63,337 nt of DNA, taken from the IMG/VR virus record IMGVR_UViG_3300044972_001024. One strand, given 5' to 3'. Shown one piece after another: positions 9,429-19,249 of this stretch; the stretch's first letter is position 1; the number at the start of each line of letters is the position of its first letter. A model generated the notes under the pieces. It was not told the origin of the DNA, did not search any database, and saw only the letters and a program-made list of their open reading frames with translations. The translations under genes were made by a program, and so were the position numbers. The DNA is from an uncultured virus (IMG/VR IMGVR_UViG_3300044972_001024) (Duplodnaviria > Heunggongvirae > Uroviricota > Caudoviricetes).

Positions 9429-11960
9429 TTATTCCTCTGCCTGTTGTCCAGGTGCCAATGTTTGTCTATTTCTTACTACTTTTCTACTAAAAGAAAATGC
9501 TGCTCCTCCCGCATTTGTACCAAACGCGTTTACTGATTCGTTACCAAAAACTTCTCTAGCAGTATCTTCAACTATTCCTCCAGTTTGTATTTGTTTATTT
9601 GCCACTGTTATCTTATCATCATCCGCGCCTGGTAATTCTTTTTCAAAATTTTGTACTTGAGAAATGGTTTCTTGATTTGTTATGGCGGCGCCTAAGTCTG
9701 CATCTTCTTGATCCGCGGCTGTTAAATTACCTTCTCTAGCAGTTCCACTGCCGGCGCCCGTAGTATCAGTAGTTCTTTCTACTGTTTTTTTATCTTCATC
9801 TTGTAATAATTGACTGGCTTCTACGATTGACAAATCAAGAACTTGAGTAAAAGACCCTTTACTAAAATTACTCTCAACTCTATTTACTTTGTACACTATA
9901 CCTTTAATTCCAGAATCTGCAACTGCAGAGGTATCATAAAATTGAATTTTATCGCTAATATCCATGACGCCATTATTCTGATAATCAGTAGTAAGATTAA
10001 ACATAATTTGTATAAACACTTGACCAGTAAAAGGATTAATACTATTATCTGCTCCATAATGCATTAATTTAATTGCTGATTCGGCAGATGTTTTTCCTAT
10101 TGCTTGAGCAGTTTGATTACAACCAATGATACTCATTATATAATCAGGATCGCCTAATATTTTAATTTTTGCCTGTGCTCTGTCTCCAGGACTAAACAAT
10201 GACGCACGAACACTTTCATTTATTTCACTACCTTGAAATAATTTACCACCAACAGGACTACTGGTAGATGGCTGAGATAGTAAAGGTACATTTGTGTTTT
10301 TAACATTAGTAGGAGATATTTCCGCATCATTTGTAGTTTTACCAGCAGTTATGGCATACAAATTATTATATGTCTGTTCATATTCTAATATTTCTGTATT
10401 TTCTCCAGTAAGATAATATCCATAATATTTAAATGGCCCTGGATATTTGACTCTTGACCCAACATAAGGACTTCTTGCATATGGTACATCATACGTACCA
10501 ATTTGATATGTAATTTTATATGCCCATTTATTCGTTTTTGAATCCATTCCTTTGACAGTAACAACTGGATTAATACTATACCATTGTAGTGGTCTAGTAG
10601 GTGGTGAAGTGACTGTTTTTGATTCGGGTGCACTAGTGTTTACTTTAGTAAGAGCTCCAGTTATAAAATCACTTTTAATAATAATATTATCGATTGCTTG
10701 TACAATTGGAGTTCCAGCCGCAATACTTAAACTTCTGGCCGTTGTATTTACGGTAACTGCTTTGAAACTAGCACTAATGTTTGATGCATCTGTTCTTGAT
10801 ACAGAACTCATCTTAGATGTTCTTGAATCAAAACTTTTATCATCAAGTAAATTTGATTTGGCAATTGGATTGTTTTTTCCAATAAATTCTATTGTATATT
10901 CATTAGGTATTTCAACTATTTTATTTTTATCTTTTTTATCTTTATTTACATTGTTGATAACTTGAAGTAATCCAACAGCCCCACCAGTACCACCTAATAA
11001 AACATCTTGTACTGTACTACCAGAAACGCTGGTTTGTTGTTCTACAATACCAGTAGATTTTGCAAAACCCGCCTGTTCTCCGGAGTTCAATGCTTCACAT
11101 GAATATGTAGTTGCCTTATCGTCAAGTTTAAACTTAATATTACGAATGGTAATGGGAATATGTCTTTCTGCTGCAGCCGATGAATCAGAAAAATTAGTTT
11201 TATCGGTGGTTGATTGCATTAAACTGCCGGAAGAATCATATCCATAATATCTTATTGATATAATATAATGTTGTGCTGCAGCTGTTGGTTTAGTGGTTGA
11301 AGATTTTGATATTTGACTTATTTTATTTAAATTATTTGACGCAATAGTTAAATCTTGTAAAAAAGTAAATCCATTTGGTTCAACAATTTTAAAGTATATT
11401 TCACTAGCAGTAGTTTGTCCTTGAGGGCCTCCTGGCATCGCGGCTGTAAATGTAAGATCATCAATAAAATAATCAAGTCCTTGTTGGTTTTTACCCAACG
11501 TTTTACTTAAAGTTATTGCTCTATCATCTACATTAGTATTTACACCCCCACTTTGAGCCACTACAAATACTTGATTAGTGCCTCCACGTTTTGCCAACAA
11601 TGCACCAGATGCAGGTCCATTGGTGAACTCATTAGCAAATTCAGGTGTAACCATATACAATGTTAATGAATATGTATAACTACTATAATAACTTAATGGA
11701 TTATCTTTTCTTTTGCCGGGAAAATTTTGATCAACTAAACTTTTTCCTGTTTTTTGTCCAGAATTAATAGGTGTAGAAATGTTTACTGTTGATGGACTTT
11801 TAGCACTAGCATTAGGAGTACCAGAATTTACATTATCATCCAAGTTAAGATTCTTTAATCTTTCAGCTTCAGCCAAATTGGCCGCGGCCGCAGACTTTCT
11901 AGCCCATTCTGCTTCACCCGGCAAATAAGCGTTAGACGTTTGATTTGGATCAAATGCCAT
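9429..11960 (-). CDS. Putative baseplate hub protein (gp27/late-control D-like position)
   Basis: NPLSYYSSYTYSLTL N-terminal motif; IKILGDPDYI and YKVNRVESNFSKGSFTQVLDL C-terminal motifs; lies between gp53-like and gp5-like genes. Confidence 0.55.
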   Translation of the reverse strand: MAFDPNQTSNAYLPGEAEWARKSAAAANLAEAERLKNLNLDDNVNSGTPNASAKSPSTVNISTPINSGQKTGKSLVDQNFPGKRKDNPLSYYSSYTYSLTLYMVTPEFANEFTNGPASGALLAKRGGTNQVFVVAQSGGVNTNVDDRAITLSKTLGKNQQGLDYFIDDLTFTAAMPGGPQGQTTASEIYFKIVEPNGFTFLQDLTIASNNLNKISQISKSSTTKPTAAAQHYIISIRYYGYDSSGSLMQSTTDKTNFSDSSAAAERHIPITIRNIKFKLDDKATTYSCEALNSGEQAGFAKSTGIVEQQTSVSGSTVQDVLLGGTGGAVGLLQVINNVNKDKKDKNKIVEIPNEYTIEFIGKNNPIAKSNLLDDKSFDSRTSKMSSVSRTDASNISASFKAVTVNTTARSLSIAAGTPIVQAIDNIIIKSDFITGALTKVNTSAPESKTVTSPPTRPLQWYSINPVVTVKGMDSKTNKWAYKITYQIGTYDVPYARSPYVGSRVKYPGPFKYYGYYLTGENTEILEYEQTYNNLYAITAGKTTNDAEISPTNVKNTNVPLLSQPSTSSPVGGKLFQGSEINESVRASLFSPGDRAQAKIKILGDPDYIMSIIGCNQTAQAIGKTSAESAIKLMHYGADNSINPFTGQVFIQIMFNLTTDYQNNGVMDISDKIQFYDTSAVADSGIKGIVYKVNRVESNFSKGSFTQVLDLSIVEASQLLQDEDKKTVERTTDTTGAGSGTAREGNLTAADQEDADLGAAITNQETISQVQNFEKELPGADDDKITVANKQIQTGGIVEDTAREVFGNESVNAFGTNAGGAAFSFSRKVVRNRQTLAPGQQAEE

Positions 11961-11961
11961 A

Positions 11962-12261
11962 TTATATTCCCAATGATGCTTTCAAAGCATCTAATGTTGG
12001 TATATAAATATTAACACCATTTACAAAATCAAACAATGGATCTTTTAATTTGTTTGGATTTCGTTGAGCAAATACCCACCATAATCTACTGTCATTATAT
12101 AAGTCACTAGCTAACAAATCTGGTCTAAGATTATATGTTGCCGTTATTTCCCAATACACATCAGTTGGATCACTAAAAATTGGTCTATTTGTCATAATAT
12201 CTAAATAAACGTTATTGACAACGGGTGTCAAATAATAAGGACTGCTTGTTGGGTAACTCAT
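11962..12261 (-). CDS. gp53: Baseplate wedge protein, gp53/LysM-like
   Basis: YNLRPDLLASDLYNDSRLWWVFAQRN..IYIP; start placed at 12261 (TAATG overlap with upstream stop) rather than 12267. Confidence 0.8.
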   Translation of the reverse strand: MSYPTSSPYYLTPVVNNVYLDIMTNRPIFSDPTDVYWEITATYNLRPDLLASDLYNDSRLWWVFAQRNPNKLKDPLFDFVNGVNIYIPTLDALKASLGI

Positions 12262-14120
12262 TACCAAATACCTCCGCCTGTTTTTCCGAAATTTACACTT
12301 CCTCTCATCAATTCCCCACTAGCATATTTTTGCAAACTAAATGCATTGGACATGGCTTGTCTTGTTATTATTGGCAAACATGTCAACTGAATGGTAATTT
12401 TTGCAGGCACCCTAGTTACTTCATTAATATTCTTACTATTAATAAATGTTGGTGGTGGTGCTCTACCTCCAGGTACAATGTTGCTAGCCAATGTTCTTAG
12501 TCTATCCAATGGACTAAAGAAGGTTGCAATTTGAGGCATATATGGAGCCATGTTTTGTCCACCTATTGAGACACTATTATTAGTAGGATAAGCATTGACA
12601 TAATCCACATCAGCCGGAAATGTATGTGTAAAACTTGTAACAACAACTGGATGCATATCAAATTGATATTGCCCAAACCCACTTAAATACACTAATGGAG
12701 GAGGAGTACCTCTTGGAGGATTTTGATCTTGTCCATAAAACATTTTAGTTACACTTTTAAAGAAATGTATAACCGCCAATACATAATTGGCTTCAGCACT
12801 ATCTTGACATGTAAACTCTCCAGTAATACCGATAGACTCAATACTACTGTTTTTATAGTTATATATTTTGTAATTAGTATGTACTAGATCAGAAGAACTA
12901 TAACTTGCATTATAAGATACATTTATTTGTGGACTATACGGGAAAATAACTCCATTAGTTGCCAGTAATGGTTTTAAAATTCCAGGAGTTGCGGCTTTGT
13001 ATAGATAATTTGCACTAGGTGCCAAACTCATTCTAAAACGCCAATCTTTAGGTGATCCTATACCAGATTGTTGATTTCTATTAGGTAATGTAGATGTTGC
13101 AGAGAGAAGACTATTATTTTCTGTACTATCAGTTGTTGGTATTAAAATTGAACTAGATGTATTACCATCAGTATCAGTAGTAATTGTTTCACCTGTATTG
13201 GGATCATAATACAAACTACTACCATCATCATATATGATAGTACCAGGACGAATGTTTGGGTCAGATCCAGGATTAATTGTTTCTGCATCATATGTTGTTC
13301 CAGATATCAGATCAACAGTCTTAATACCTTCTGTAGTAACATTAACTACTAGTTGATCTTGTGATGCTTGAGCATCAGCCGCTTGAAAATTGCCAATTTC
13401 TCCATCTGTCGTGACATCACGTTGATTTTCTTGTATTATATTTTCAGCATCTTTACGTAATAAATTACGTACTTCGTCATTTGATACGGTCTTGATATCC
13501 TCTCGTGATGTAGTTACATTTGGATCAAACGCCCCTATATCAACTATTCCGGTAACTTGGTTAGATGGAGAAGAGTTATTAGTTGTTGATTCTGAACGAA
13601 TTTCTTGAGTTATAGGAGTAGGAATATTAGGGTCAAAATCCGCTAAATTCTGAACAGGTTCAAGAACAGGCGGAGGATTTGGGGACGCCTGAGAGGCCGC
13701 AATCTTACCTGCCTCAGTGGCAGCTGCCTGATCTTGAGCAAGTGTTGGCGCTGGAGAAGTAGTTTGAGTTGCCGCGGTTCTATCAACAGAAGATTGATAT
13801 GATGCGGCGTCCGCCAATAAATTATTGGCCTGAGCAGTCATTTCTGTAAGTGATTGAGTTAGAGATGTTCGAACATCACTAGCAGCATTATATGCCGCTT
13901 TAGCAGACGCTATTTGTTCAGGAGTAGTACTTCTATTAGCTAATGTTTCTGCATACACTGCTGCTGCAGTTTCTGCCGTTTTATTTGCACGATCAAGTAA
14001 TTCTGCGGTCTGAGTATACTTGGGACTGTTTATAATGGTATTTGCCGCATTAATAGCCTCACCTTGATTGGTTTTTAAAGCAGCTATTTCGCTCGCAGTT
14101 TTTTGTGTAAGATTGCCCAT
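12261..14120 (-). CDS. Putative tail-tube initiator/baseplate-tube junction protein (gp48/gp54-like C-terminal domain) with Ala/Thr-rich N-terminus
   Basis: C-terminal GVIFPYSPQINVSYNASY..HTNY..ITGEFTCQ..GTPPPLVYLSGFG..PVVVTSFTHTFP tube-fold-like motifs; upstream of gp53-like gene. Confidence 0.6.
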   Translation of the reverse strand: MGNLTQKTASEIAALKTNQGEAINAANTIINSPKYTQTAELLDRANKTAETAAAVYAETLANRSTTPEQIASAKAAYNAASDVRTSLTQSLTEMTAQANNLLADAASYQSSVDRTAATQTTSPAPTLAQDQAAATEAGKIAASQASPNPPPVLEPVQNLADFDPNIPTPITQEIRSESTTNNSSPSNQVTGIVDIGAFDPNVTTSREDIKTVSNDEVRNLLRKDAENIIQENQRDVTTDGEIGNFQAADAQASQDQLVVNVTTEGIKTVDLISGTTYDAETINPGSDPNIRPGTIIYDDGSSLYYDPNTGETITTDTDGNTSSSILIPTTDSTENNSLLSATSTLPNRNQQSGIGSPKDWRFRMSLAPSANYLYKAATPGILKPLLATNGVIFPYSPQINVSYNASYSSSDLVHTNYKIYNYKNSSIESIGITGEFTCQDSAEANYVLAVIHFFKSVTKMFYGQDQNPPRGTPPPLVYLSGFGQYQFDMHPVVVTSFTHTFPADVDYVNAYPTNNSVSIGGQNMAPYMPQIATFFSPLDRLRTLASNIVPGGRAPPPTFINSKNINEVTRVPAKITIQLTCLPIITRQAMSNAFSLQKYASGELMRGSVNFGKTGGGIW

Positions 14121-14163
14121 ATAGTTGTCTCCGGTATTACCCTAAATAGAATACCTCTACTAC

Positions 14164-14171
14164 TATTTAGC
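14164..14171 (-). promoter_or_regulatory. Putative late promoter GCTAAATA for the baseplate operon
   Basis: Motif variant ~43 nt upstream of ATG 14120. Confidence 0.55.
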
Positions 14172-14213
14172 GCAAAATAATAGTCGTATTTTTTCACCAA
14201 TCTTCCAATTCAC

Positions 14214-14242
14214 TTGACTTACACAACCTTGTGTTGTATAAT
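14214..14242 (+). promoter_or_regulatory. Sigma70-type promoter of the late sigma factor gene
   Basis: TTGACT-17 nt-TATAAT, 25 nt before ATG 14268. Confidence 0.8.
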
Positions 14243-14267
14243 TGCAACATATTAACCTAAAGAGCAT

Positions 14268-15209
14268 ATGATCACAACAAAAATTCCAGCAAAAAAGAAC
14301 TATCTAAACAATAAAGATATTTTAAAAGAAATACATGCAAGTAAAAATTCATATTGTAAATTTGAAACTCTAGATGATCATCAATATGACTTTATTGTAG
14401 ATTATGAAGATAATAATAATCTAGAACGTAGTTTGGAATATACCAGTAAACCAGAAACTATTCAAAAAGCTAAAGAAAATCGAGCGGCTAGATTGAGTCA
14501 AGTAGTTGGTCCAGATGGTGTAAAAATCAAAACAGAAAAAATTGACCCAGAAACCATTAAAAATACAGATTTGGTTTTTAGAGTCATGACTTGGGATCAT
14601 ATACCAGTTGCTCCAAAACAACCAAGAAAGAATTCCAAACCAAAATCAGCAAAAGAAATCTTTGACTTTGAACCAACAGAAGATATTCTATTTGAAGATT
14701 TGGAAGACAAAGGATTAGCAAAAGAAATGGGTCTAGATAATATGGTTCACGTTCGTTTAAACTTCCCTCCATTTCAACATTTCAAAATTAATGATAAAAA
14801 TTCACTAGTTTGTGTTGGTAAAAGTCATTGGGTTGGTGATTTGAAAACTGGAGATTTTTCAAAAGATCATGGTCAAATTACAAATAAGTTGGCTAACATG
14901 TACTTGAAACTATGTGAAAAGTATTCATTAAGATTCAATTGGCGTGGTTATACTTACGTGGATGAGATGAGAGGTGCAGCCATTTTACAATTGACATACG
15001 TTGGTTTACGTTTCAATGAAGCTAAATCACAAAATCCATTTGCCTACTATACAGCCGCTATTACCAATAGTTTCTGTCGTGTTCTTAATACAGAAAAACG
15101 TGTTCAAAACATTAGAGATGATATTTTGGAATCTAATGGGTTAAATCCCAGTTTCACTCGTCAACATAGTTTAGATAGCGAAAGAGAAAAAAGACGTAAT
15201 ATTGGTTAA
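14268..15209 (+). CDS. gp55: Late-transcription sigma factor, gp55-like
   Basis: NYLNNKDILKEI; FNWRGYTYVDEM; FNEAKSQNPFAYYT; precedes gp47/gp46 as in T4-like phages. Confidence 0.85.
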   Translation: MITTKIPAKKNYLNNKDILKEIHASKNSYCKFETLDDHQYDFIVDYEDNNNLERSLEYTSKPETIQKAKENRAARLSQVVGPDGVKIKTEKIDPETIKNTDLVFRVMTWDHIPVAPKQPRKNSKPKSAKEIFDFEPTEDILFEDLEDKGLAKEMGLDNMVHVRLNFPPFQHFKINDKNSLVCVGKSHWVGDLKTGDFSKDHGQITNKLANMYLKLCEKYSLRFNWRGYTYVDEMRGAAILQLTYVGLRFNEAKSQNPFAYYTAAITNSFCRVLNTEKRVQNIRDDILESNGLNPSFTRQHSLDSEREKRRNIG

Positions 15210-15223
15210 TCACTCCGAAAATA

Positions 15224-15252
15224 TTGATTAATCAATTTTCATACTGTATAAT
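15224..15252 (+). promoter_or_regulatory. Sigma70-type promoter of gp47/gp46, probably leaderless
   Basis: TTGATT-17 nt-TATAAT ending 6 nt before ATG 15259. Confidence 0.7.
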
Positions 15253-15258
15253 CACTAG

Positions 15259-16275
15259 ATGACAAATTTATTCAAAAAAGCAGCAACATTCACTGATATT
15301 CATTGGGGTTTGAAAAACAATTCAATACAACATAATACGGATTGTACAAATTTCGTTGATTGGTTTATTGAAACTGCTAAAAAACAAAACTGTGAAACTT
15401 GTTTCTTTCTAGGAGATTGGCATCATAATCGTGCCGCTATTAATATTCAAACTCTACAGTTTAGTCTTAGAGGTCTTGAAAAGTTAAGTGCGGCATTTGA
15501 TAAAATATACTTTATCGTGGGTAATCACGATATGTTTTATAGAGATAAAAGAGATACTCATTCAGTAGAATGGGCAAAACATCTTCCAAATGTCATTATA
15601 ATAGATGAATGGTTCACACAGGGAGATGTAACTATCATTCCGTGGATCGTTGGAGATGAATGGAAACGTCTTAAAAAGATGAAAGGGAAATATGTATTCT
15701 CTCATCTAGAACTTCCAAATTTCTTTATGAATGCCATGATTCAAATGCCAGATTATAAAGAAATTCAAAGTGAACATTTAAATGGATATGAAGCCGTATT
15801 TAGTGGTCATTTTCACAAACGTCAAAAGAAAAATAACATTACCTATATTGGAAATGCCTTCCCTCATAACTATGCCGATGCTGGTGATGATAAACGTGGC
15901 ATGATGGTATTAGAATGGGACAAAGAACCCATGTATTTTGGTTGGCCTAATGCCCCTAAGTATCGTGTATATAATTTAAGTGATGTATTGGATGATCCAA
16001 GTGGCTTGTTATTGTCTGATAGTTATGTTAGAATCAATCTAGATATTGATATCTCGTTTGAAGAGGCAAGTTTCATTCGTGAAAAACTCATGCCAGAACA
16101 TCATCTTAGAGAACTTACATTGATTCCTATCAAACGAGATTTCACAGACAATAATCCAGATAATTCAGATACTCAATTTGAAAGCGTGGATACAATTATT
16201 CAAACACAAATTGAAAGTTTGGAACAAGGAACATTTGACAAGAAGTTATTGTTGGATATTTATAGGAACATATGA
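15259..16275 (+). CDS. gp47: Recombination endonuclease subunit, gp47/Mre11/SbcD metallophosphoesterase
   Basis: DIHWG, LGDWHH, GNHD, SGHFH motifs. Confidence 0.93.
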   Translation: MTNLFKKAATFTDIHWGLKNNSIQHNTDCTNFVDWFIETAKKQNCETCFFLGDWHHNRAAINIQTLQFSLRGLEKLSAAFDKIYFIVGNHDMFYRDKRDTHSVEWAKHLPNVIIIDEWFTQGDVTIIPWIVGDEWKRLKKMKGKYVFSHLELPNFFMNAMIQMPDYKEIQSEHLNGYEAVFSGHFHKRQKKNNITYIGNAFPHNYADAGDDKRGMMVLEWDKEPMYFGWPNAPKYRVYNLSDVLDDPSGLLLSDSYVRINLDIDISFEEASFIREKLMPEHHLRELTLIPIKRDFTDNNPDNSDTQFESVDTIIQTQIESLEQGTFDKKLLLDIYRNI

Positions 16276-18359
16276 TTACACTTGGTATTTTAACTCTTAA
16301 GAACTTTCTATCTATTGGCGCTGTTAGTCAAACAGTCGATTTCAACAATCAAGACCTAACGTTAATTCTAGGTGAAAATCTAGATTTAGGTGGTGATGGG
16401 GCTAAAAATGGTACCGGTAAAACTAGTATTTTGCAAGGATTATCTTATGCTCTTTTTGGTGGTGGTATCAACAACATCAAAAAAGACAATCTTATAAATA
16501 GAACCAATGGTAAAGCCATGGTTGTAACACTATCATTCTCAGTAGATGATATTGAATACCGAATTGAACGTGGACGTAAACCTACATTTTTGAAATTTTA
16601 TGTAAATGATCAAGAAATGGCTAGTGAAGAGACCAATGACAGTCAAGGTGACAGTCGTGAAACTCAGGACGCTATTGAAAAGGTCTTACACATGAGTAGT
16701 GATATGTTCAGACACATTGTTGGTCTGAATACTTACAACGAACCATTTCTATCACTTAAAGCCAATGATCAACGTGTTATCATTGAACAGTTATTGGGTG
16801 TTACTATCTTATCTGAAAAAGCTGATGCCATTAAGATACTGAACAAACAGACCAAAGATGATATTCAACAGGAAGAGTATCGTATACGTGCGCTTGAAGA
16901 AGCCAATAAACGTATTGGTGAACAGATTGAGAATCTCAAACGTCGTCAACGTTTATGGAAAACAAAACATGATGAAGATTTAACTAAACTAGTTAACGAA
17001 TATGATGAGTTGAGTAAGATTGACATTAATCTAGAACTCAAGTCACACAAAGACCTATCCATTTATAATGATTGTCTAGAAAAGAAAAATCGTTATGATA
17101 GTTTAGTCGCTAGACAAACAAGTTGGAAACAATCACGATCCAATGATATCAAATCATTGAGTGAAAAACTTGAGAAACTCAATTCAATTAATATTGATGC
17201 TGAATTGCAGGCTCATAAAGACTTAGCCGTATACAATCAACAAGTTGTTGATCAGAATACTATAAAAAAAGATATTGTTAGAGTTAAACTTGAACTAGAT
17301 AAAGAAACCAAAAACTCTGAGAAGATAGAAAATGAAATAAAAACTCTAAAAGAAAACAAATGTTATGCATGTGGACAAGATTTTCATGATCATAATCATG
17401 AATCAGTCTTAAAATTAAAGAATGAATCATTGGATTTATCGTTAGTCAGAATATTTGATCTTAACAGTCAACTTGAATTACTTAATGATTCGGTGATTGT
17501 TATAAATATTACGCCAGTAACACATTATAAGAATGAAAGTGATGCCATTAAACATGGTTATACTGTATTGAATTTACAAATAGAAATTGAGAACAAACGT
17601 CAGGAACAAGACCCATACGATCTACAGATAATTGATATTAGTGCTGACGAGATTGTATGTGGTGAGTTACCTGTAACTCATTATGATACAGAAGATCAGG
17701 CAATTAAACATTCATCTAGAGTTAGTTCATTATTGGATCAAATTGCCAATAAACATGATGAAACTGATCCATATATAGATCAAATCGCCGAAATGGAACG
17801 TGAAGCCATTCAAACTGTATCATTTGATCATATCAATCAACTAACAAGAGTCATGCAACATCAAGAATACTTGTTAGATTTGTTGACAAACAAAAAATCT
17901 TTCGTTCGTAAAAAGATTATTGAACAAAATTTAACTTATTTGAACAGTCGTCTGTCTTTCTATTTGGATGCCATGGGGTTACCACACACAGTTGTATTTC
18001 AGAATGATTTAACAGTTGAAATCACTGAGCTAGGTCGTGAGCTAGACTTTGATAATCTAAGTCGTGGTGAGCGTAATAGACTGATCCTTGGGCTATCTTT
18101 TTCATTTAGAGATGTATATGAATCACTATATAGTCCTATCAATGTATTATTTGTTGATGAGTTGATTGATAATGGTTTAGATACTATTGGAGTTGAAAAT
18201 AGTATTGCTCTACTAAAAGATATGTCACGTAGACGTAACAAATCAGTATGGCTTGTCTCACACAGAGATGAACTAACAAATCGTGTATCCAGTGTTCTAA
18301 AAGTTATTAAAGAGGGCGGATTCACATCATATGAAACTACCATGGAGACTCAGGTATGA
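16272..18359 (+). CDS. gp46: Recombination ATPase subunit, gp46/Rad50/SbcC
   Basis: KNFLSIG, Walker A NGTGKT, coiled coil with CYAC zinc hook, LSRGE signature, VLFVDE Walker B, VSH. Confidence 0.93.
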   Translation: MITLGILTLKNFLSIGAVSQTVDFNNQDLTLILGENLDLGGDGAKNGTGKTSILQGLSYALFGGGINNIKKDNLINRTNGKAMVVTLSFSVDDIEYRIERGRKPTFLKFYVNDQEMASEETNDSQGDSRETQDAIEKVLHMSSDMFRHIVGLNTYNEPFLSLKANDQRVIIEQLLGVTILSEKADAIKILNKQTKDDIQQEEYRIRALEEANKRIGEQIENLKRRQRLWKTKHDEDLTKLVNEYDELSKIDINLELKSHKDLSIYNDCLEKKNRYDSLVARQTSWKQSRSNDIKSLSEKLEKLNSINIDAELQAHKDLAVYNQQVVDQNTIKKDIVRVKLELDKETKNSEKIENEIKTLKENKCYACGQDFHDHNHESVLKLKNESLDLSLVRIFDLNSQLELLNDSVIVINITPVTHYKNESDAIKHGYTVLNLQIEIENKRQEQDPYDLQIIDISADEIVCGELPVTHYDTEDQAIKHSSRVSSLLDQIANKHDETDPYIDQIAEMEREAIQTVSFDHINQLTRVMQHQEYLLDLLTNKKSFVRKKIIEQNLTYLNSRLSFYLDAMGLPHTVVFQNDLTVEITELGRELDFDNLSRGERNRLILGLSFSFRDVYESLYSPINVLFVDELIDNGLDTIGVENSIALLKDMSRRRNKSVWLVSHRDELTNRVSSVLKVIKEGGFTSYETTMETQV

Positions 18360-18595
18360 AAATAAATTATGAAAAAATTAAAATAAGTAAGTTATCACGA
18401 AATTTATATGTTATAAATTTTAATACTGATAATGAATTAATCGTCAACATTGTTCATGTTGGACCAAATTGGAAAGATATTGAATCATGGTTGACTGATC
18501 ATAATTGTACGGCAGAACACCAAACTGATTTTGTATCACGTTGGTTATTTCCCAATGTAGAAGTCAAAGATCAGTTTATAACTGACTGGACATAA
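18356..18595 (+). CDS. Hypothetical protein
   Basis: 79-aa ORF coupled by ATGA overlap to gp46. Confidence 0.6.
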   Translation: MKINYEKIKISKLSRNLYVINFNTDNELIVNIVHVGPNWKDIESWLTDHNCTAEHQTDFVSRWLFPNVEVKDQFITDWT

Positions 18596-18632
18596 AATTT
18601 TTAAATTTAACAATCAAGAGATAAGTATTACC

Positions 18633-19229
18633 ATGCCAAGTAAAAGTAAAAACAAAGGAAGTGGGTTTGAACGTGAAGTTTCCAAATTTCTATCAGAGTT
18701 ATATGGAGAAAATTTCATGAGAGCACCTGGTTCTGGTGCTTATACTGGTGGTACTAATAGTCATCGTAAACAAATATTACATGAGGGACAAATTAGAAAC
18801 TTTAAAGGGGATATTATTCCTGGTCAAAGTTTTCCATTGTTTAATTGTGAATGTAAGTTTTATGCTGATTTTCAATTTCATCAACTATTTGACGAATCTA
18901 AGCAATTGGAAACGTGGATAGATCAATTGATGACCGCTAGTGATCCTGGTGACTTCAATATCTTATTAATGAAGTTTAATCGTAAAGGTCGCTATGTAGC
19001 AGTACAAGTCAAGACATCTATTCTACATCATCAGCAACAACAAACTGGTTTGTGGATGGATCTCAATCATGTAACTTATTCAACTAGAGTACATGGTGCT
19101 TGGAATATATACTCGTTTGAACCATTTTTTCAGAGATATGGATCATTGGTCAAACTACTCTCATCTAATCAACAATCTACAAAATACTCAACTGACACCA
19201 AGTCTAACAACACTTTAAACACAATCTAA
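18633..19229 (+). CDS. Holliday junction resolvase-like PD-(D/E)xK nuclease
   Basis: SKNKGSGFERE, RAPGSGA, GDI..ECK motifs; GATAAGTA 5 nt upstream. Confidence 0.8.
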   Translation: MPSKSKNKGSGFEREVSKFLSELYGENFMRAPGSGAYTGGTNSHRKQILHEGQIRNFKGDIIPGQSFPLFNCECKFYADFQFHQLFDESKQLETWIDQLMTASDPGDFNILLMKFNRKGRYVAVQVKTSILHHQQQQTGLWMDLNHVTYSTRVHGAWNIYSFEPFFQRYGSLVKLLSSNQQSTKYSTDTKSNNTLNTI

Positions 19230-19249
19230 ACTACACTAAACAGAGCAAG

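Noticed and set aside
1582..14120. Bacterial contractile injection system/T6SS or prophage interpretation of the baseplate cluster
   Set aside because: Portal, protease, scaffold, capsid and gp55/46/47 genes show a T4-like phage; no integrase or host genes seen
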